A stretch of 64,000 nt of DNA from Octopus vulgaris (lineage: Eukaryota), in the NCBI GenBank assembly GCA_951406725.2, contig OX597824.1, forward strand, positions 84,568,001 to 84,632,000, in the 5' to 3' direction. The notes below the pieces were generated by a model. It did no database searches. It was not told the DNA's origin and saw only the letters and a list, made by a program, of their open reading frames with translations. The stretch's first letter is position 1; every line of letters starts with the position of its first letter. Below are positions 1 through 12,974 of this stretch, one piece after another. The translations under genes and the position numbers were made by a program.

Positions 1-271
1 GGAAGGAATTTTGAAGAGAGGCGCGGGCATGGCTGTGTGGTTAGGGAGCTTGCCTTCCTAGCTACATGGTTTCAGGTTCGCATGGCACTTTGGGCAAGTG
101 TCTTCTACTATAGCCTCGGGCCGACCGAAGCTTTGTGATTGAATTCGGTAGGCGGAAGTTACTGCCGTGTGTGTATATGTGTGCGTAGGTGCTCAGTGCC
201 TCTCCGAATGTTCTCGAAAAGAAGGATTATGAATAGCAGTTATGCTTGACAAAAAAGCACTGGAGTTTTAA

Positions 272-492
272 CCCTTTCGTTACCAACCCGGCTGAAACCG
301 GCTCTGGCTCTTTAGTACAAATGTCTGGTTTTCAAAAGTTCTGAATTAAAACCTTCCACCAAACCTTAGTCTCAATTTATGTCTCTAACTCTAGCTTAAT
401 GATAACAATGTTATTTTACTTAATTCTTTGTTATATTTAAAATAATTGGAAGAAACACTGAGCATCTCAAACTAAATTAAGTAACGAAAGGG
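272..492. mobile_element. piggyBac-like MITE
   Basis: TIRs CCCTTTCGTTAC/GTAACGAAAGGG, flanked by TTAA and TTAT. Confidence 0.8.
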
Positions 493-924
493 TTATGGAG
501 TGAAATACAATAAAAAATTTAAAAATTACTGATTCAAATTGATGTACAGCAAAACCTCGTCAATATACATACAGATTTCCAAGTTGGCACCAACAAAGGA
601 AACAAAATCCAAAAACATCCTCATGTAAATCAAGAGTTGGCTTAGTTTGAAATTTTGTTGTTAAAAAAATTACTCACGAATTTCTTCCTCTTTTCATTTC
701 TTGCACCCCATCCAACTTCATGTGGAGATCAAACACTGTAAAATGAATAGAGAAAAATCATCATTTTAAACAGTTGCCATCAATTTAAGAAATATTTTTA
801 ATATCTTGAAAAATGTTGATAAAATACTTACCTATTAAAATGTTGATAAAATGTTCAATTATACTCTGAATAATTTGCAGGACTAATGAAACTATAATTA
901 ATTGATTAGTAACTGCTTTATTAA

Positions 925-1142
925 CCTTTTAGCATTTATACCATCCATATCTAGTTGAAATATTCCACTTGTTTTATTTTCAAGCTGGCCAGATCCAGCT
1001 CCTGACACCTACCCCACAATGTCATCCTAAAGGTAAACTATGACATCATCAAAATCTTTAAGCTACAAAATAATGCATGATTAATTCGGAACAATGACTA
1101 GATAAGCATTACTTGTGACAGAATAATTTGAATGCTAAAGGG
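925..1142. mobile_element. piggyBac-like MITE (family 2)
   Basis: TTAA TSDs; TIRs CCTTTTAGCATT/AATGCTAAAGGG. Confidence 0.8.
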
Positions 1143-1194
1143 TTAAATTAACCAGAGACATACAAGAACCTCTTGCCAGCTGACAAGGGTTTTA

Positions 1195-1790
1195 TTCTTT
1201 TACTTGTTTCAGTCATTTGACTGCAGCCATTGCAGGGTTTTAGTCAAACAAACCAACACCAGGACTCATTTCGTAAGCCTAGTACTTATTCTATCAGTCT
1301 CCTTTGCTGAACTGCTGAGTTACAGGGATGTAAACATACCAACATCAGTTGTCAAACAATGATGGGGGAGGTGACAAAAACAGATACAAAGACACACACA
1401 CACATATATATGACAGGCTTCTTCAAGTTTCTTATTTCTTTACAGACAGACGGATTAAGTTGATTATATCGACCCCAATGCGTAACTGATACTTACTTAA
1501 TTGACCCCGAAAGGATGAAAGGCAAAGTCGACCTTGGCGGAATTTGAACTCAGAACGTAGTGGCATACGAAATACTGCTAAGCATTTTGCCCAGCGTGCT
1601 AACGTTTCTGCCAGCTCGCCGCCTTTCTTCAAGGCTTCTTCAAGGTTCTGTCTACCAAATCCACTCACAAGTTTTTTGCCGGCCCTGTGCTATAGTAGAA
1701 GACACTTGCTCAAAGTGCCACACAGTGGGACTGAACCCGGAACCGTGTGGTTGAGAAACAAGCTTTTTACCATGCAGCCACACCTGTGCC
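1195..1790 (-). mobile_element. SINE family A copy interrupted by a SINE family B copy (1432-1624)
   Basis: Both halves match the full family A copies at 4640 and 18594; the insert matches family B. Confidence 0.8.
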
Positions 1791-2059
1791 AACAGGTATG
1801 TATAAACGTAATGAAACAAGAGCAATAAAGAACTGTAAACACGACCCACTTTCAACAAGTACAGGACAAGAACGTTTCAACAGTAATCACTTCCAACCTA
1901 TAATAAAATGGCATAGTTATACAAGCAATAAAAGTCAAGATTGAATTGGTACGACTTCTGTGATGTTATTTCTAATTAGGGCACATATCTTCTGAGAGTG
2001 TCAAAAGATTAAGCGAAGGTAATACTTAAAAAAGATTCAACATTCTCAGTTTGTTTCTA

Positions 2060-2458
2060 AAGGCGGCGAGCTGGCAGAAATGTTGGCACGCCAGGCAAAA
2101 TGCTTGGCAGTATTTCATCTGGCGTTACGTTCTGAGTTCAAATTCCGCCGATATCGACTTTGCCTTTCATCCTATCGGTATCGATAAATTAAGTACCAGT
2201 TACGCACTGGGGTCGATATAATCGACTTAATCCATTTGTCTGTCCTTGTTCGTTCTCTCTGTGTTTAGCCCCTTGTGGGTAGTAAAGAAATAAGTATTTC
2301 ATCTGTCTTTACGTTCTGAGTTCAAATTCCGCTGAGGTTGACTTTGCCTTTCATCCTTTCAGGGTCGATAAATTAAGTACCAGTTGCGAACTGGGGTCGA
2401 TCTAATCGACTGGCCGCCTCCTCCAAAATTTCAGACCTTGTGCCTAGAGTAGAAAGTA
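2060..2458 (+). mobile_element. SINE family B (tRNA head plus Deu/Nin-like domain), dimeric
   Basis: A box TGGCAGAAA, B box GAGTTCAAATTC, and a GCCTTTCATCCTTTCGGGGTCGATAAA-type domain repeated twice. Confidence 0.85.
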
Positions 2459-3084
2459 TTCTCGGCTTCTTTTTTGCTTTGAAGAAGGTCCACAAGACAC
2501 CTGTAAAATAAGCCAATTAAATCAACCTCAGTACTTGACTGTGATACTTTTATTTTATCAACCCTCAAAATTTGAAAAGCAAATCTGACATCAATGTGAT
2601 TGTCTTCGATCTTTCACTTGTTTCAGTCATTATTAGACTGCGGCCATGCTGGAGTACCATGCTGGAAGAGTTTATAGTAAAATGAATCAACCTCAGCGCT
2701 TATTCTTTTAAAGCCTGGCAATTACTCTATTGGCCTCTTTTGCCGAACCACTAAGTTACGGGGACATAAACACACTAACACCAGTTGTCAAGCAGTGGCA
2801 GGAGACAAAAAGACAGTGCAGCCATGAAACGATCAGAGTGTTTCACTCTTTATCTTTTATTAAACTTTTAATACTTTTGATATATATTTAAAATAATATA
2901 AATTAATTAATTTTATGTATTGGCTTATGTTTTTCATTGTTTGATTTGCCTAATAGTGGTTTTATCTCTAATTTAATATAATATAATATAATATATTTAT
3001 ACTATAAAATTGGATTTAATCCTAATTCTGATTTTTCCCTGTAAGTTTGGATTTATTCCCTAATATTTTATTATATATATATAA

Positions 3085-3362
3085 GGAGGCGCAATGGCCA
3101 AGTGGTTAGAGCAGCAGACTCGCGGTATCAATTCCCAGACTGGGCATTGTGAGTGTTTATTGAGCGCAAACATCTAAAGCTCCAGGAGGCTCCAGCAGGG
3201 GGAGGGCGATCCCTGCTGTACTCTTTCGCCCCAACTTTCTCTCACTCTTTCTTCTGTTGGCCTGCTCGCTTAGTCAGACGTCATTTGAAGGCTAAAACAA
3301 TGCGAAGCGCATTGTGACCAGCGATGTGTAGCAACATCTGATAGCCTGATCGGTCACGGTGA
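3085..3362 (+). mobile_element. SINE family C (tRNA-derived head)
   Basis: GGAGGCGCAATGGCC..GTGGTTAG head shared with 15889 and 41940-42212. Confidence 0.75.
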
Positions 3363-3372
3363 CGGTGATATA

Positions 3373-3462
<90 letters not shown>

Positions 3463-3877
3463 GAAGGGCTTCTTGCAATTTCCACAAAGTTATAGTAGAA
3501 GACACTTGTCCGAGCTGCCATGCAATAGAATTGAACCCAGAACCATGTGGTTAAGAAGCAAGTTTCTTACCATACAGCTACACCAGCACCTATAAATGTG
3601 TTTATTTTATAAACTTTTATATTGCAAATGCTTAGTGCCTGCGCTTATAAATGTGTATTTATTGTATTAACTTTTAAATAGCAAACAGCTAACGCCTGCA
3701 CATGTCACAAAGCCATTTACATCACAAATGGTTAATAATGGAAACATTAGTCATAGGTTCTTTTGAATTTCACTACAAAGTGTCAATACATAATTCAATG
3801 CATGCCAAATAATGGGACGTCCTGTTCAGTTTTTCTCAATATTTAGAGTACAGCTTTTGCCAATATACATAAGCAAC

Positions 3878-4295
3878 AAGGCAGTGAGCTGGCAGAAACG
3901 TTAGCACGCCGAGCAAAATGCGTAGCTGTATTTCATCTGCCGCTATGTTCTGAGTTCAAATTCCGCCGAGGTCGACTTTGCCTTTCATCCTTTCGGGGTC
4001 GATAAATTAAGTACCAGTTACGCACTGGGGCTGATGTAATTGACTTAAACCGTGTGTCTGTCCTTGTTTGTCCCCTCTATGTTTAGCCCCTTGTGGGCAG
4101 TAAAGAAATAGGTATTTCGTCTGCCGCTATGTTCTGAGTTCAAATTCCGCCGAGGTCGACTTTGCCTTTCATCCTTTCAGAGTCGATAAATTAAGTACCA
4201 GTTATGCACTAGGGTCGATGTAATTGACTTAAACCGTTTGTCTGTCCTTATTTGTCCCCTCTGTGTTAAGCCCCTTGTGGGTAGTAAAGAAATAA
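3878..4295 (+). mobile_element. SINE family B dimer
   Basis: Two ~184-bp units joined at AAGAAATA|GGTATTTCG. Confidence 0.88.
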
Positions 4296-4639
4296 ATATA
4301 CATAGGCAACACACACACACACACACACACACATACACACACATTGTGCTCTCATACATATACATACACTCATCCACAAACCTGTGCATGCATTTGTTTT
4401 GTTCCTTAAATGTCCATTTTCCTGGTGCTAGCATGAATTTAGAGAGGAATTATTGTAGACGGGGTTTAATAGCCAAATGTCCTTCTGGTTACCAACCTTT
4501 ACCCACTTCCAAATAAAGGAACTGTTTTCATTTTTTTTTTCTAGTTTCCTATTTTTTGAAACTACAGAATGACTGGTCTTGTCAACATCATCACTGCTGG
4601 GCTTAACCAGTGACTAGCTTGAAATTTACACAACACAAT

Positions 4640-5022
4640 AGGTGCAGGAGTGGCTGTGTGCTTACCAACCACATGGTTCCGGGTTCAGTCCCACTGCATG
4701 GCACCTTGGACAAGTGTCTTCTACTATAGCCTCAGGCCGACCAAAGCCTTGTGAGTGGATTTGGTAGACGGAAACTGAAAGAAGCCCGTTGTATGTGTGT
4801 GTGTGTGTGTGTGTGTATGTTTGTGTGTCTGTGTTTGTCCCACCAACATCGCTTGACAACCAATGTTGGTGTGTTTATGTCCCCGTAACTTAACGGTTCG
4901 GCAAAAGAGACCGATAGAATAAGTACTAGGCTTACAAAGAATAAGTCCTGGGGTCGATTTGCTCGACTAAAGGCAGTGCTCCAGCATGGTCGCAGTCATA
5001 TGACTCAAACAAGTAAAGAGAG
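4640..5022 (+). mobile_element. SINE family A, near full length
   Basis: tRNA-like head (GGTTCAGTCCC B box), GGCACCTTGG..AAGTGTCTT core, internal (TG)n, tail ending AAACAAGTAAAGAG. Confidence 0.88.
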
Positions 5023-5841
5023 TAACAGACATATGTATGAATGCATATGTGTACATTAGAGACACAAACAGGAAAATAAAACTCTAAACACAAGTATCTA
5101 TGTGTGTGTGTGTTTTATTAACGATCAGCTGAAGTTGCATAATGATTCAAAAGCCGAGAGTATTGTGTGTTAACACTTGTCAAGTGATGAGTGCCGATAC
5201 ATAAAACTCTCAGCACTTGAGCCACTCCGTAATTTCTGCTGGTTATTAATAACATGAGAGAGCGGGGGGAAGGAAGGGAGAAAGAGAGAGAGAGAAACGA
5301 GAGGCTTCCTGCAGTTTCCATCTATTTCAGAAGGAAATTTGATAGATGGTTGGCATTGATCAAGCAAGGCTAAGTTCTGCGCAGTGGGGCTGAACCTAAA
5401 ACTATGTGGTTAAGAATTTAACACCTTAGCAAGACAGCTATGCATAGCGCACACACACACCAAAGGCATCTTTATATCTACTCATGGAAAAGTTCCTCTC
5501 CAGAAAACAGGTTTAGGTCAAGAATTCCTTCTTTCAAACCCCACCCACTTTTAAAAATATTTTTAAATAGAAGATGGCAATTACCCATGCAGCAAAGAAT
5601 AATACAGCTGCCCAGTAGTATCATTGCAACCAAACTCAGAACATGAGCTGAAACAAAGAATTTGAACCAAAACTCTTACAATTTTGTCAACCTAGGGCTA
5701 TAGTAGAGGACAGGAACTTGCTCAAAGAGTGATGTGATGAGACAGAACTGAGGACCACATGGTTCTTGAGTGCCATATATTTGTAAGAAAATATTGTAAG
5801 GAATTTTGCTTCTTGTCACCCTACTGCTTCTGCCATATAAT

Positions 5842-6063
5842 TGGCAGAATCGTTAGCATGCCGGGCGAAATGCGTAGCCGTATTTCGTCTGCTGTTACGT
5901 TCTGGGTTCAAATTCCGTCGAGGTCGACTTTGTCTTTCATCCTTTCGGGGTCGATTAGATAAGTACCAGTTACGCACTGGGGTCATTGTAATCGACTTAA
6001 TCCCTTTGTCTGTCCTTGTTTGTTCCCTCTATGTTTAGCCCCCTGTGAGCAATAAAAGAAATA
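5842..6063 (+). mobile_element. SINE family B monomer, 26 nt from the ADSS exon 3 donor
   Basis: Matches family B. Confidence 0.85.
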
Positions 6064-6088
6064 AATAATAATCATAAAAATAAATTAC

Positions 6089-6202
6089 CCAGATGAGCTC
6101 GGTTTGAAATCTTCAAACGATTCTGCCAGTTTGTAAGGCCCTTAGCAGCATTTTTCTCAATTTCATGGAATAATTCAGGCAGGTTAACAACAACGCCATT
6201 AC
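6089..6202 (-). CDS. ADSS: Adenylosuccinate synthetase, coding exon 3 (114 nt); gene presumably continues left of the window
   Basis: TTTCAG acceptor; encodes (G)[37 protein letters not shown]; G|GTAATT donor. Phase matches exon 2 and the sequence matches the PurA GNGVV...ISxRAH segment. Confidence 0.95.
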
Positions 6203-6676
6203 CTGAAACACAACAAAAAGACATTATTCAGATGAATAAAGGTTGGGATTGGGGGAGTTAGTTGTGTCTGTGATACCCACCCTTTATATCTTGTAAAATC
6301 AAGAGTCTACCCATGGAAAAGTTCCTCTCCAGAAAACAGGTTTAGGTCAACATTTCTTTCTTTCAACCCCCACCCCTACCCACTTTTTTAAATATTTTTA
6401 AATGGAAGACGTTACTATGAATGGTACTCAGATCGAAGTATTAAAAGGTAGCTGTGAGATTCGTGAAAATGAAAGAACACCAGAGGTGGGAACAGGCATC
6501 TGCTGTTCAAAATAGTACGAACAATCCAACTAAATAAATACAATGTGTAGGTACAGAACAGCACCAATAAACAGCAGATATAGTTTGTATTTATGTAGAT
6601 GTAAGTAGGTGCCATAGGTTGGTAAATAGGTGCCATAAGTTGTAGTACAGAGAGCAAGAGTACTGTATGAACCTAG

Positions 6677-7162
6677 GGATCTTTTCGCTTTGACAGGCAG
6701 ATTTTTGAAATAATTTCTTTGTAACTAATTTCTTTTAAACTTCGTATACTGGTAGAATATGTTACATAAAACATCTTTTTCTCTTGGCTTTCTTGAGAAA
6801 ATTCTGTAGTTTGTAAGCTATTTGTTGTTTAATTTCTTTCATTTCAGCAATTTCAATGACGTCTATTGAGGTGAATACAATTTCTCCAAATCTTTGTCAA
6901 CAACAATTATTTGCGGTGTCATATGACAAATAATTGTTGTTGACAAAGATTTGGAGAAATTGTATTCACCTCAATAGATGTCATTGAAATTGCTGAAATG
7001 AAAGAAATTAAACAACAAATAGCTTACAAACTACAGAATTTTCTCAAGAAAGCCAAGAGAAAAAGATGTTTTATAAACACATTCTACCAGTATACGAAGT
7101 TTAAAAGTGTTTAGTTACAAAGAAATTATTTCAAAAATCTGCCGGTCAAAGTGAAAAGATCC
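6677..7162. mobile_element. Foldback (fully palindromic) Merlin/MULE-like non-autonomous DNA transposon
   Basis: ~235-bp near-perfect inverted arms starting GGATCTTTTC; exact 9-bp TSD TGAACCTAG (6668-6676 and 7163-7171). Confidence 0.88.
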
Positions 7163-7550
7163 TGAACCTAGTTGTAAATTAAGATCAAAGATAGGTATAA
7201 GCCATTGCTGAAGATAGCATGAATACTATACAGACCTTATTGTAAATTAATACCATGGACAGGTGTCAATCAAGACAGTAGGGTTACTGTACAGACCTGG
7301 TGCAAATTAGTATCATGAGCAGATACAAATTGCTGATATAGACAGTAGGGGTACTGTGTGATCTTCACGGTAAATTAGTATTGTAAATATCAGGGTATGG
7401 TAAGGACATGGTAAATAGGTACTTATAAATAGTACATGCCACTAATATAGCCAGCAGGGTACTATGTGGACCTAATTGTAAAATAGGACCATGAATAGGT
7501 ACAACCTACACCTATAGAAAAGCTAGTGGGTACTGCATGGATCTGTGTAT
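7163..7550. repeat. Degenerate ~60-bp tandem repeat in ADSS intron 2
   Basis: Recurring GGGTACTGT..GACCT..TTGTAAATTAGTACCATG units. The array starts left of the foldback element, which inserted into it. Confidence 0.6.
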
Positions 7551-7871
7551 ATAGATTATGCACAAGCAGTTACTCTAGATACCAAATGTCATTGTAATTC
7601 AAGGGTTAAAGATATTTATTAATCAGACATCTCTCATTAAAACATAGGAATGATTAACATAAAATTGTGGTGGATATATTTAATATTGAGAAGATATTTA
7701 GTCAATAATTGAATATTTTCGGAAGTGAGGAAAGACAACTCCTGACATCTTTCCATCAGACTCAGTAAAGTATAGAGTTTACTGTATTTGCTTAAGTAGT
7801 GATGAGAGAATCAGAATAGGATTACAGAGCTGAAACCTTGGCAATGCTATATGAGAAGACATATTACTCAC

Positions 7872-7974
7872 CTATAATGACATCACATGTTGGATGAATT
7901 ATTCCACTTGGCAACAGATGGAAATCATAAACGACATCATCAACAACTACGGTGTGGCCTGCGTTATTTCCACC
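7872..7974 (-). CDS. ADSS: Adenylosuccinate synthetase, coding exon 2 (103 nt)
   Basis: TTACAG acceptor after a pyrimidine tract; encodes [34 protein letters not shown](G); G|GTGAGT donor, phase 1. Continues exon 1 in frame. Confidence 0.96.
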
Positions 7975-8616
7975 CTGTAACGAGAAAGAGTGAGTTATGG
8001 AGTTAGGAAGAGAGGTATAGAAATAGAGAGTTATGAAGAGACAGACAGAGTTATGGAGAGGGAGAGAGAGAGAGCCAAAATTAGAAAGAGAATGAGGAAA
8101 AATGATTTGGAGAGAGAGAGAGAGTTTTAGAAAGATTTTGAGAGAATTAGAACAAGATAGAGAGGAGAAAAGAGAGAGAGAGAGAGAGGTGACAGAGTTA
8201 TAGACAGAGATTACATTAAGGTACATGGACTACTAGAAACAACAGTCAAACTGGCCTTAAATCATAACTTGCTATTTTAGTTTCCCTCTACTAAATTCAC
8301 TCACAAATTAAAGGTCGGCCTTGGGCCATAGAAGACCGTCATCTTAGGTGCCACACACTAGGACTGAAGCTGAAACCATGAGGTTGCAAAATGAGCTTCT
8401 TAACCACACAACCAGAGGGAAAGGCTGTATCCACACCCCTTTACGGAGCCTCCAAGAACATCTTCATCCCTCTATCCAAGGACAGAGGGAAGAAGATATC
8501 CTCAAATGAGAGAGCTTATTTGAATGCATACAACAGAGAGGACTCCGCTAAAGGCAGGCAAGGTGGCACCAGATCATGGTATCAAAACCCAATCACACCT
8601 CAGGACAATTCACCCG

Positions 8617-8852
8617 CTTATTTCTTTACTACCCACAAGAGCCTAAACACAGAGGGGACAAACAAGGATAGACAAAGGGATTAAGTCGATTACATTGACC
8701 TCAGTGCGTAACTGGTACTTAATTTATCGACCCCGAAAGGATGAATGACAAAGTCGACCTCAGCAGAATTTGAACTCAGAACGTAACGGCAGACGAAATA
8801 CCGCTAAGTATTTCGCCCGGCGTGCTAATGTTTCTGCCAGCTCATCACCTTT
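8617..8852 (-). mobile_element. SINE family B monomer
   Basis: Reverse complement of family B. Confidence 0.85.
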
Positions 8853-9172
8853 AATTCACCTACTTGGTTAATTACCCGCTCTCCAATATATTAAGCAGTT
8901 TTAAATCATCATCTGTTGTCCTCAGGGGTAATTGCTCTTGGGGTGTTATTGTCCATGTTGGGGTAAAACCATCCAAAGCCTATATACAAAACTGTGTTGA
9001 TATATACAGGACTACCTTTTTGTAATCTTATGTGGGAGGGAATCAGAACAGCAAAATGGTAGGTGGGGGCAGAAGACAGGACAAGGAAACTGGTTGAGAG
9101 ACATTGATTTAATAGTCATGGACAAACTGTGACCCATAGAGGTTTCTGAAAGGCATGCCTAATGAAAGATTG

Positions 9173-9506
9173 AGACCCCCTTTGGTCATGACTGACCGTG
9201 GGATTTCACTAAGAAAGTTACCCTCCCAGGCACAAGTCCGGGCAAGGTTGTTTATGGAAGACCAGCAGTCGCCCATGCATACCAGCCTCCCCTCTCCACG
9301 CCACCAATGTTATCCAAGGGAAAGGCAAAGGCCGATAAAGCTTGGCACCAGTGACGTCGCAACTCATTTCTACAGCTGAGTGAATTGAAACAACGTGAAA
9401 TAAAGTGTCTTGCTCAAGAACACAACACGCAGCCCGATCTGGGATTCGAACTCACAACCTCACGCTCATAAGCTCGATGCTCTAACCACTGAGCCATGCG
9501 CCTTCA
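9173..9506 (-). mobile_element. SINE family D (tRNA head, CORE-like)
   Basis: GGCGCATGGCTCAGTGGTTAGAGC..GTTCGAATCCC head and GTGTTCTTGAGCAAGACACT; other copies at 17251 and 31813. Confidence 0.85.
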
Positions 9507-10942
9507 CAATGAAAGATTACCAAGAAGTTTTACAGTAGTTCAGCCTGCCTGTTGATGAGCCATATCTCATGTAGCCTGCTTAAACCAACAGCTGATTTAA
9601 TAAGTTCTCTCTCTTTCTAGTATTTTCTCAGGGGCATATTGTTGATAAGCTCCTATCAAGCAGATTTTTAATTAATTGAAAGCACTCCAGTCCAGCTATT
9701 ACTTACAAGGACTAAATTATGCAATGTAGCCACTGTGTTTCTAATTTTAAACAGATTTAGCTGATATTTCTAGCAGGTCAAGCTACTTTGTAGAGACTCC
9801 CTGTGGTCCGTTCTCTGTAGGAACTAGACCAAAGGAAACTAAACTTTGGTGCAAGTTCAAAGCACCGATGCACAGATCACAGCCATTATTTGAAAAGGTA
9901 TTAAATGTCAAATTCTATTTACTTTTCATCAATTAAATTAACTGTTCCACTACCAAGTTGTTAGTTTGCCAACCTCAGAAGAATAAAAAATAACGTCACA
10001 CCTGCGTAGGATTTGAACTCAGAACGTAAGTAACCAAACAGCACACAAGGTATCATTGTATCTGATGCTCTACCAAATCAGCCATCTGGTTGCCACAAGT
10101 GTATGCTTGTACGTGTGTATGTAAATGATATATATATATATTTTTTAAATCACTTCACTTTGGTATGTGAGTGACATAGCAGAAAGCAAGCTTGCTAGCA
10201 AAAGCTAGGTCTCACATCCAGCTATTCTAATCTAATATTCAGGTGTATCAACTGCTCAGGTAACACTACACCATTTTCTTCTTTTTTTTTTTTTTTGTTA
10301 AAAGGAAAAGAACTTTGGTAAAAGAAGAATATGGAGGGGTGGAGAGACAAGGAATAAATAGAAAGACATGGTACCAAACACTACTAGCTTATGTTATTAG
10401 TAGACTACATATCACAGGTAAAAATGCAGGAGATCAAAAACAACAACGAAGAAGGAAATATTAAAAGGCAGTTGCTTTGATACCATCAGAGACTATGAAA
10501 ACATGTTGCAATGTAATCAGAAGATGTAGAGATTTTGTTTTGTTTTGTTTTGTTTTTTAAGCAAATACATAAAAATAAACTAGTAACGCTTTGTCTTTGT
10601 TGTTGTTAAATACTGGGTCATCATGGGTTGAGAAGACATTTTTTTTCTTTACATAATCACCATTTAAAATGTGTGTGTGTGTGTGTGTGTTTTTGTTTTT
10701 TTTTTCAAGACAGCAATTTATCAGCAATCCTCCTTCCTGCTGTTTATCTTTTGCCAGCATGACTGCGTTGTCAACGAGCTTGCTGCCCAACCGCATGACT
10801 TTGTGTTCAGCCCCACTGCAAGCCACTGTGGACATGTGCCTTCAACTATCACCCCAGGCTAATCTGAGTGGATTTGGAAGATACAAAATGAAAAGAAGCC
10901 ATGTGTGTGTGTATAAATATGGATAGATAGATACATAAATAT

Positions 10943-11400
10943 CATCATCGTCATTTAACATCCGCTTTCCATGCTAGCATGGGTTGGACGATTTGACTGA
11001 GGACTGGCGAACCAGATGGCTGCACCAGGCTCCAATCTGATCTCACAGAGTTTCTACAGCTGGATGCCCTTCCTAACACCAACTACTCCAAGAGTATAGT
11101 GGGTACTTCTACATGCCACCGGCACGAAGGCCAGTCAGGCGGTATTGGCAATGGCCATGCTCAAATGGTGTTTTTTACGTGCCACCTGCACAGGAGCCAG
11201 TCCAGCAGCACTGGCAACGACCTCGCTCAAATGCTTTTTCACATGCCACCAGCACAAGTGCCAATAAGGCGATGCTGGTAACAATCATGCTTGAATGGTG
11301 ATTTTTATATGCCACCGGCACGGAAGCCAGTCAGATGCTCTGGCAACAGTCACGCTCAGATGGTGCTCATAGAGCTCCACTAGCATGGATGCCAGTCATC
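10943..11400 (-). mobile_element. SINE family E with (ATG)n tail and internal ~65-bp tandem repeats
   Basis: Tail shared with 17100-17235 and 21722-21780; four or more diverged 65-bp units at 11112-11390. Confidence 0.7.
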
Positions 11401-12929
11401 GAATTTCCTCATTGACTACGAGATAAGGGATCAGGGGACCCTGTCAAAGGCTGACTCAATGCCAGTACAAATTAGCCAGTCTTGACTACACTTATGAAGA
11501 CGCTTTGATGAGGATTAGGAAGAGTTTGTCATATTTGACTAGAATTGAAAATTCAGGTACCATGCATTGCTTCTTAGTGTAACACGATTACGAGTGTGTG
11601 TGTGGTGCGTACACATGAGCCTCCTTGTTTTGACATTGGATGATAGTTGTAAACAAGTGCCACCATCATACAAGTGGTGTCCTTTGTTTCCAGTTTTCAG
11701 TGAAAATATGTCTGGCTGCAGGGGAAATATTAGCTTGCTTGGGAAAAGGTGAAGGTTGACAACAGGATTGGGATCTAGGTATAGAAAAATTTGCCTCAAC
11801 AAATTCCAACTGACCCACGTAAGCATAGAGAAAGTGGACATTAAGACGATGATGATATCACAGCAGGCTTCTGGACAATGTCCATCTCTTTTCACGCGAT
11901 ATTCATCAACTCAAAGTTATGGTAGAAAACTCTCCCAAGAAGCCAACGATGGAGGATGAAACCTAGAATCTGTGTTGTTACAATACAAATGTCAGTCGAC
12001 AGACGAGTCTACAAACAATCAATGTGTTCCAGCTGTGACCATTGCTTCCGATTTTCAGACAAAAGACAAAAAAAAAAAAAAAATCCAGAAAAATTGAAAA
12101 AAAATCAATTGAAAACCCTTGGCCATAACTGAAGACTAAAACACTACAATAAAACAAAAAAAAAAGCAATATACTTAAAACTAAATTATCCATCATGGTC
12201 TTCTATCTTTTTAACTCACCCCACTTTTATGATACTAGGGTTTGATGAGAATATGGTTGCAATTTTTAATTAATAAGTCTATGTAAAGTTTCTCTTGCTT
12301 GCTTGAAGAGAGGAAGAACCACGTGTTTATGTGTGTGTGTGTGTGTGTGTGAGCGTGTGCACGTGAACACAATCACACAGAGCTAGTTAAAAGTACATTT
12401 TCCCCTCACCCTGCACTCAACACCGACAGATTAGTACATCAAAACAAATGCTGATTACCCACATCCCCCTGTGTTATTTTTACCTCCTTTGAGAGCTGAC
12501 AACAACAGCACTTCTTGTGTCTTCCCAGAGTTCACCAGTTATTTCCTCTGCGGAGACCTGAGATCACCCTACTTTGGCCTGTCCTCTGCAGAGAGAGACA
12601 TCTACTTTACGAGTGTATATGTAGCAAGTACACACACACACACACACTAAAGTACTGTGTCATTGACTCTGGTATAGTTAAGTAAATAAATTAACATTTA
12701 TAAACTTAATAAATCAATATTTAGCCAAGCTGTCAAGACTTATTGTAAATGTATTTATAGCTTTATATATATATATATACATATATCATACATACATACA
12801 GTTTCACCACCAGTTAATTAATCTACATTGCCAACAAATGTTCAGATTTTTTTTCTTAATATCAAGCTGAGAGCCTCCTTCCACTCTTTCCTTTTCTGTA
12901 TCCTGAACAGGATCTGTTTGCACAGAGAT

Positions 12930-12974
<45 letters not shown>

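Noticed and set aside
1-6088. Expected next ADSS exon (VFDFHQ-like)
   Set aside because: Not found by eye; presumed to lie outside the window.
9430-9506. tRNA-like sequence with A and B boxes
   Set aside because: It is a SINE head followed by a SINE body, and no complete cloverleaf is supported.
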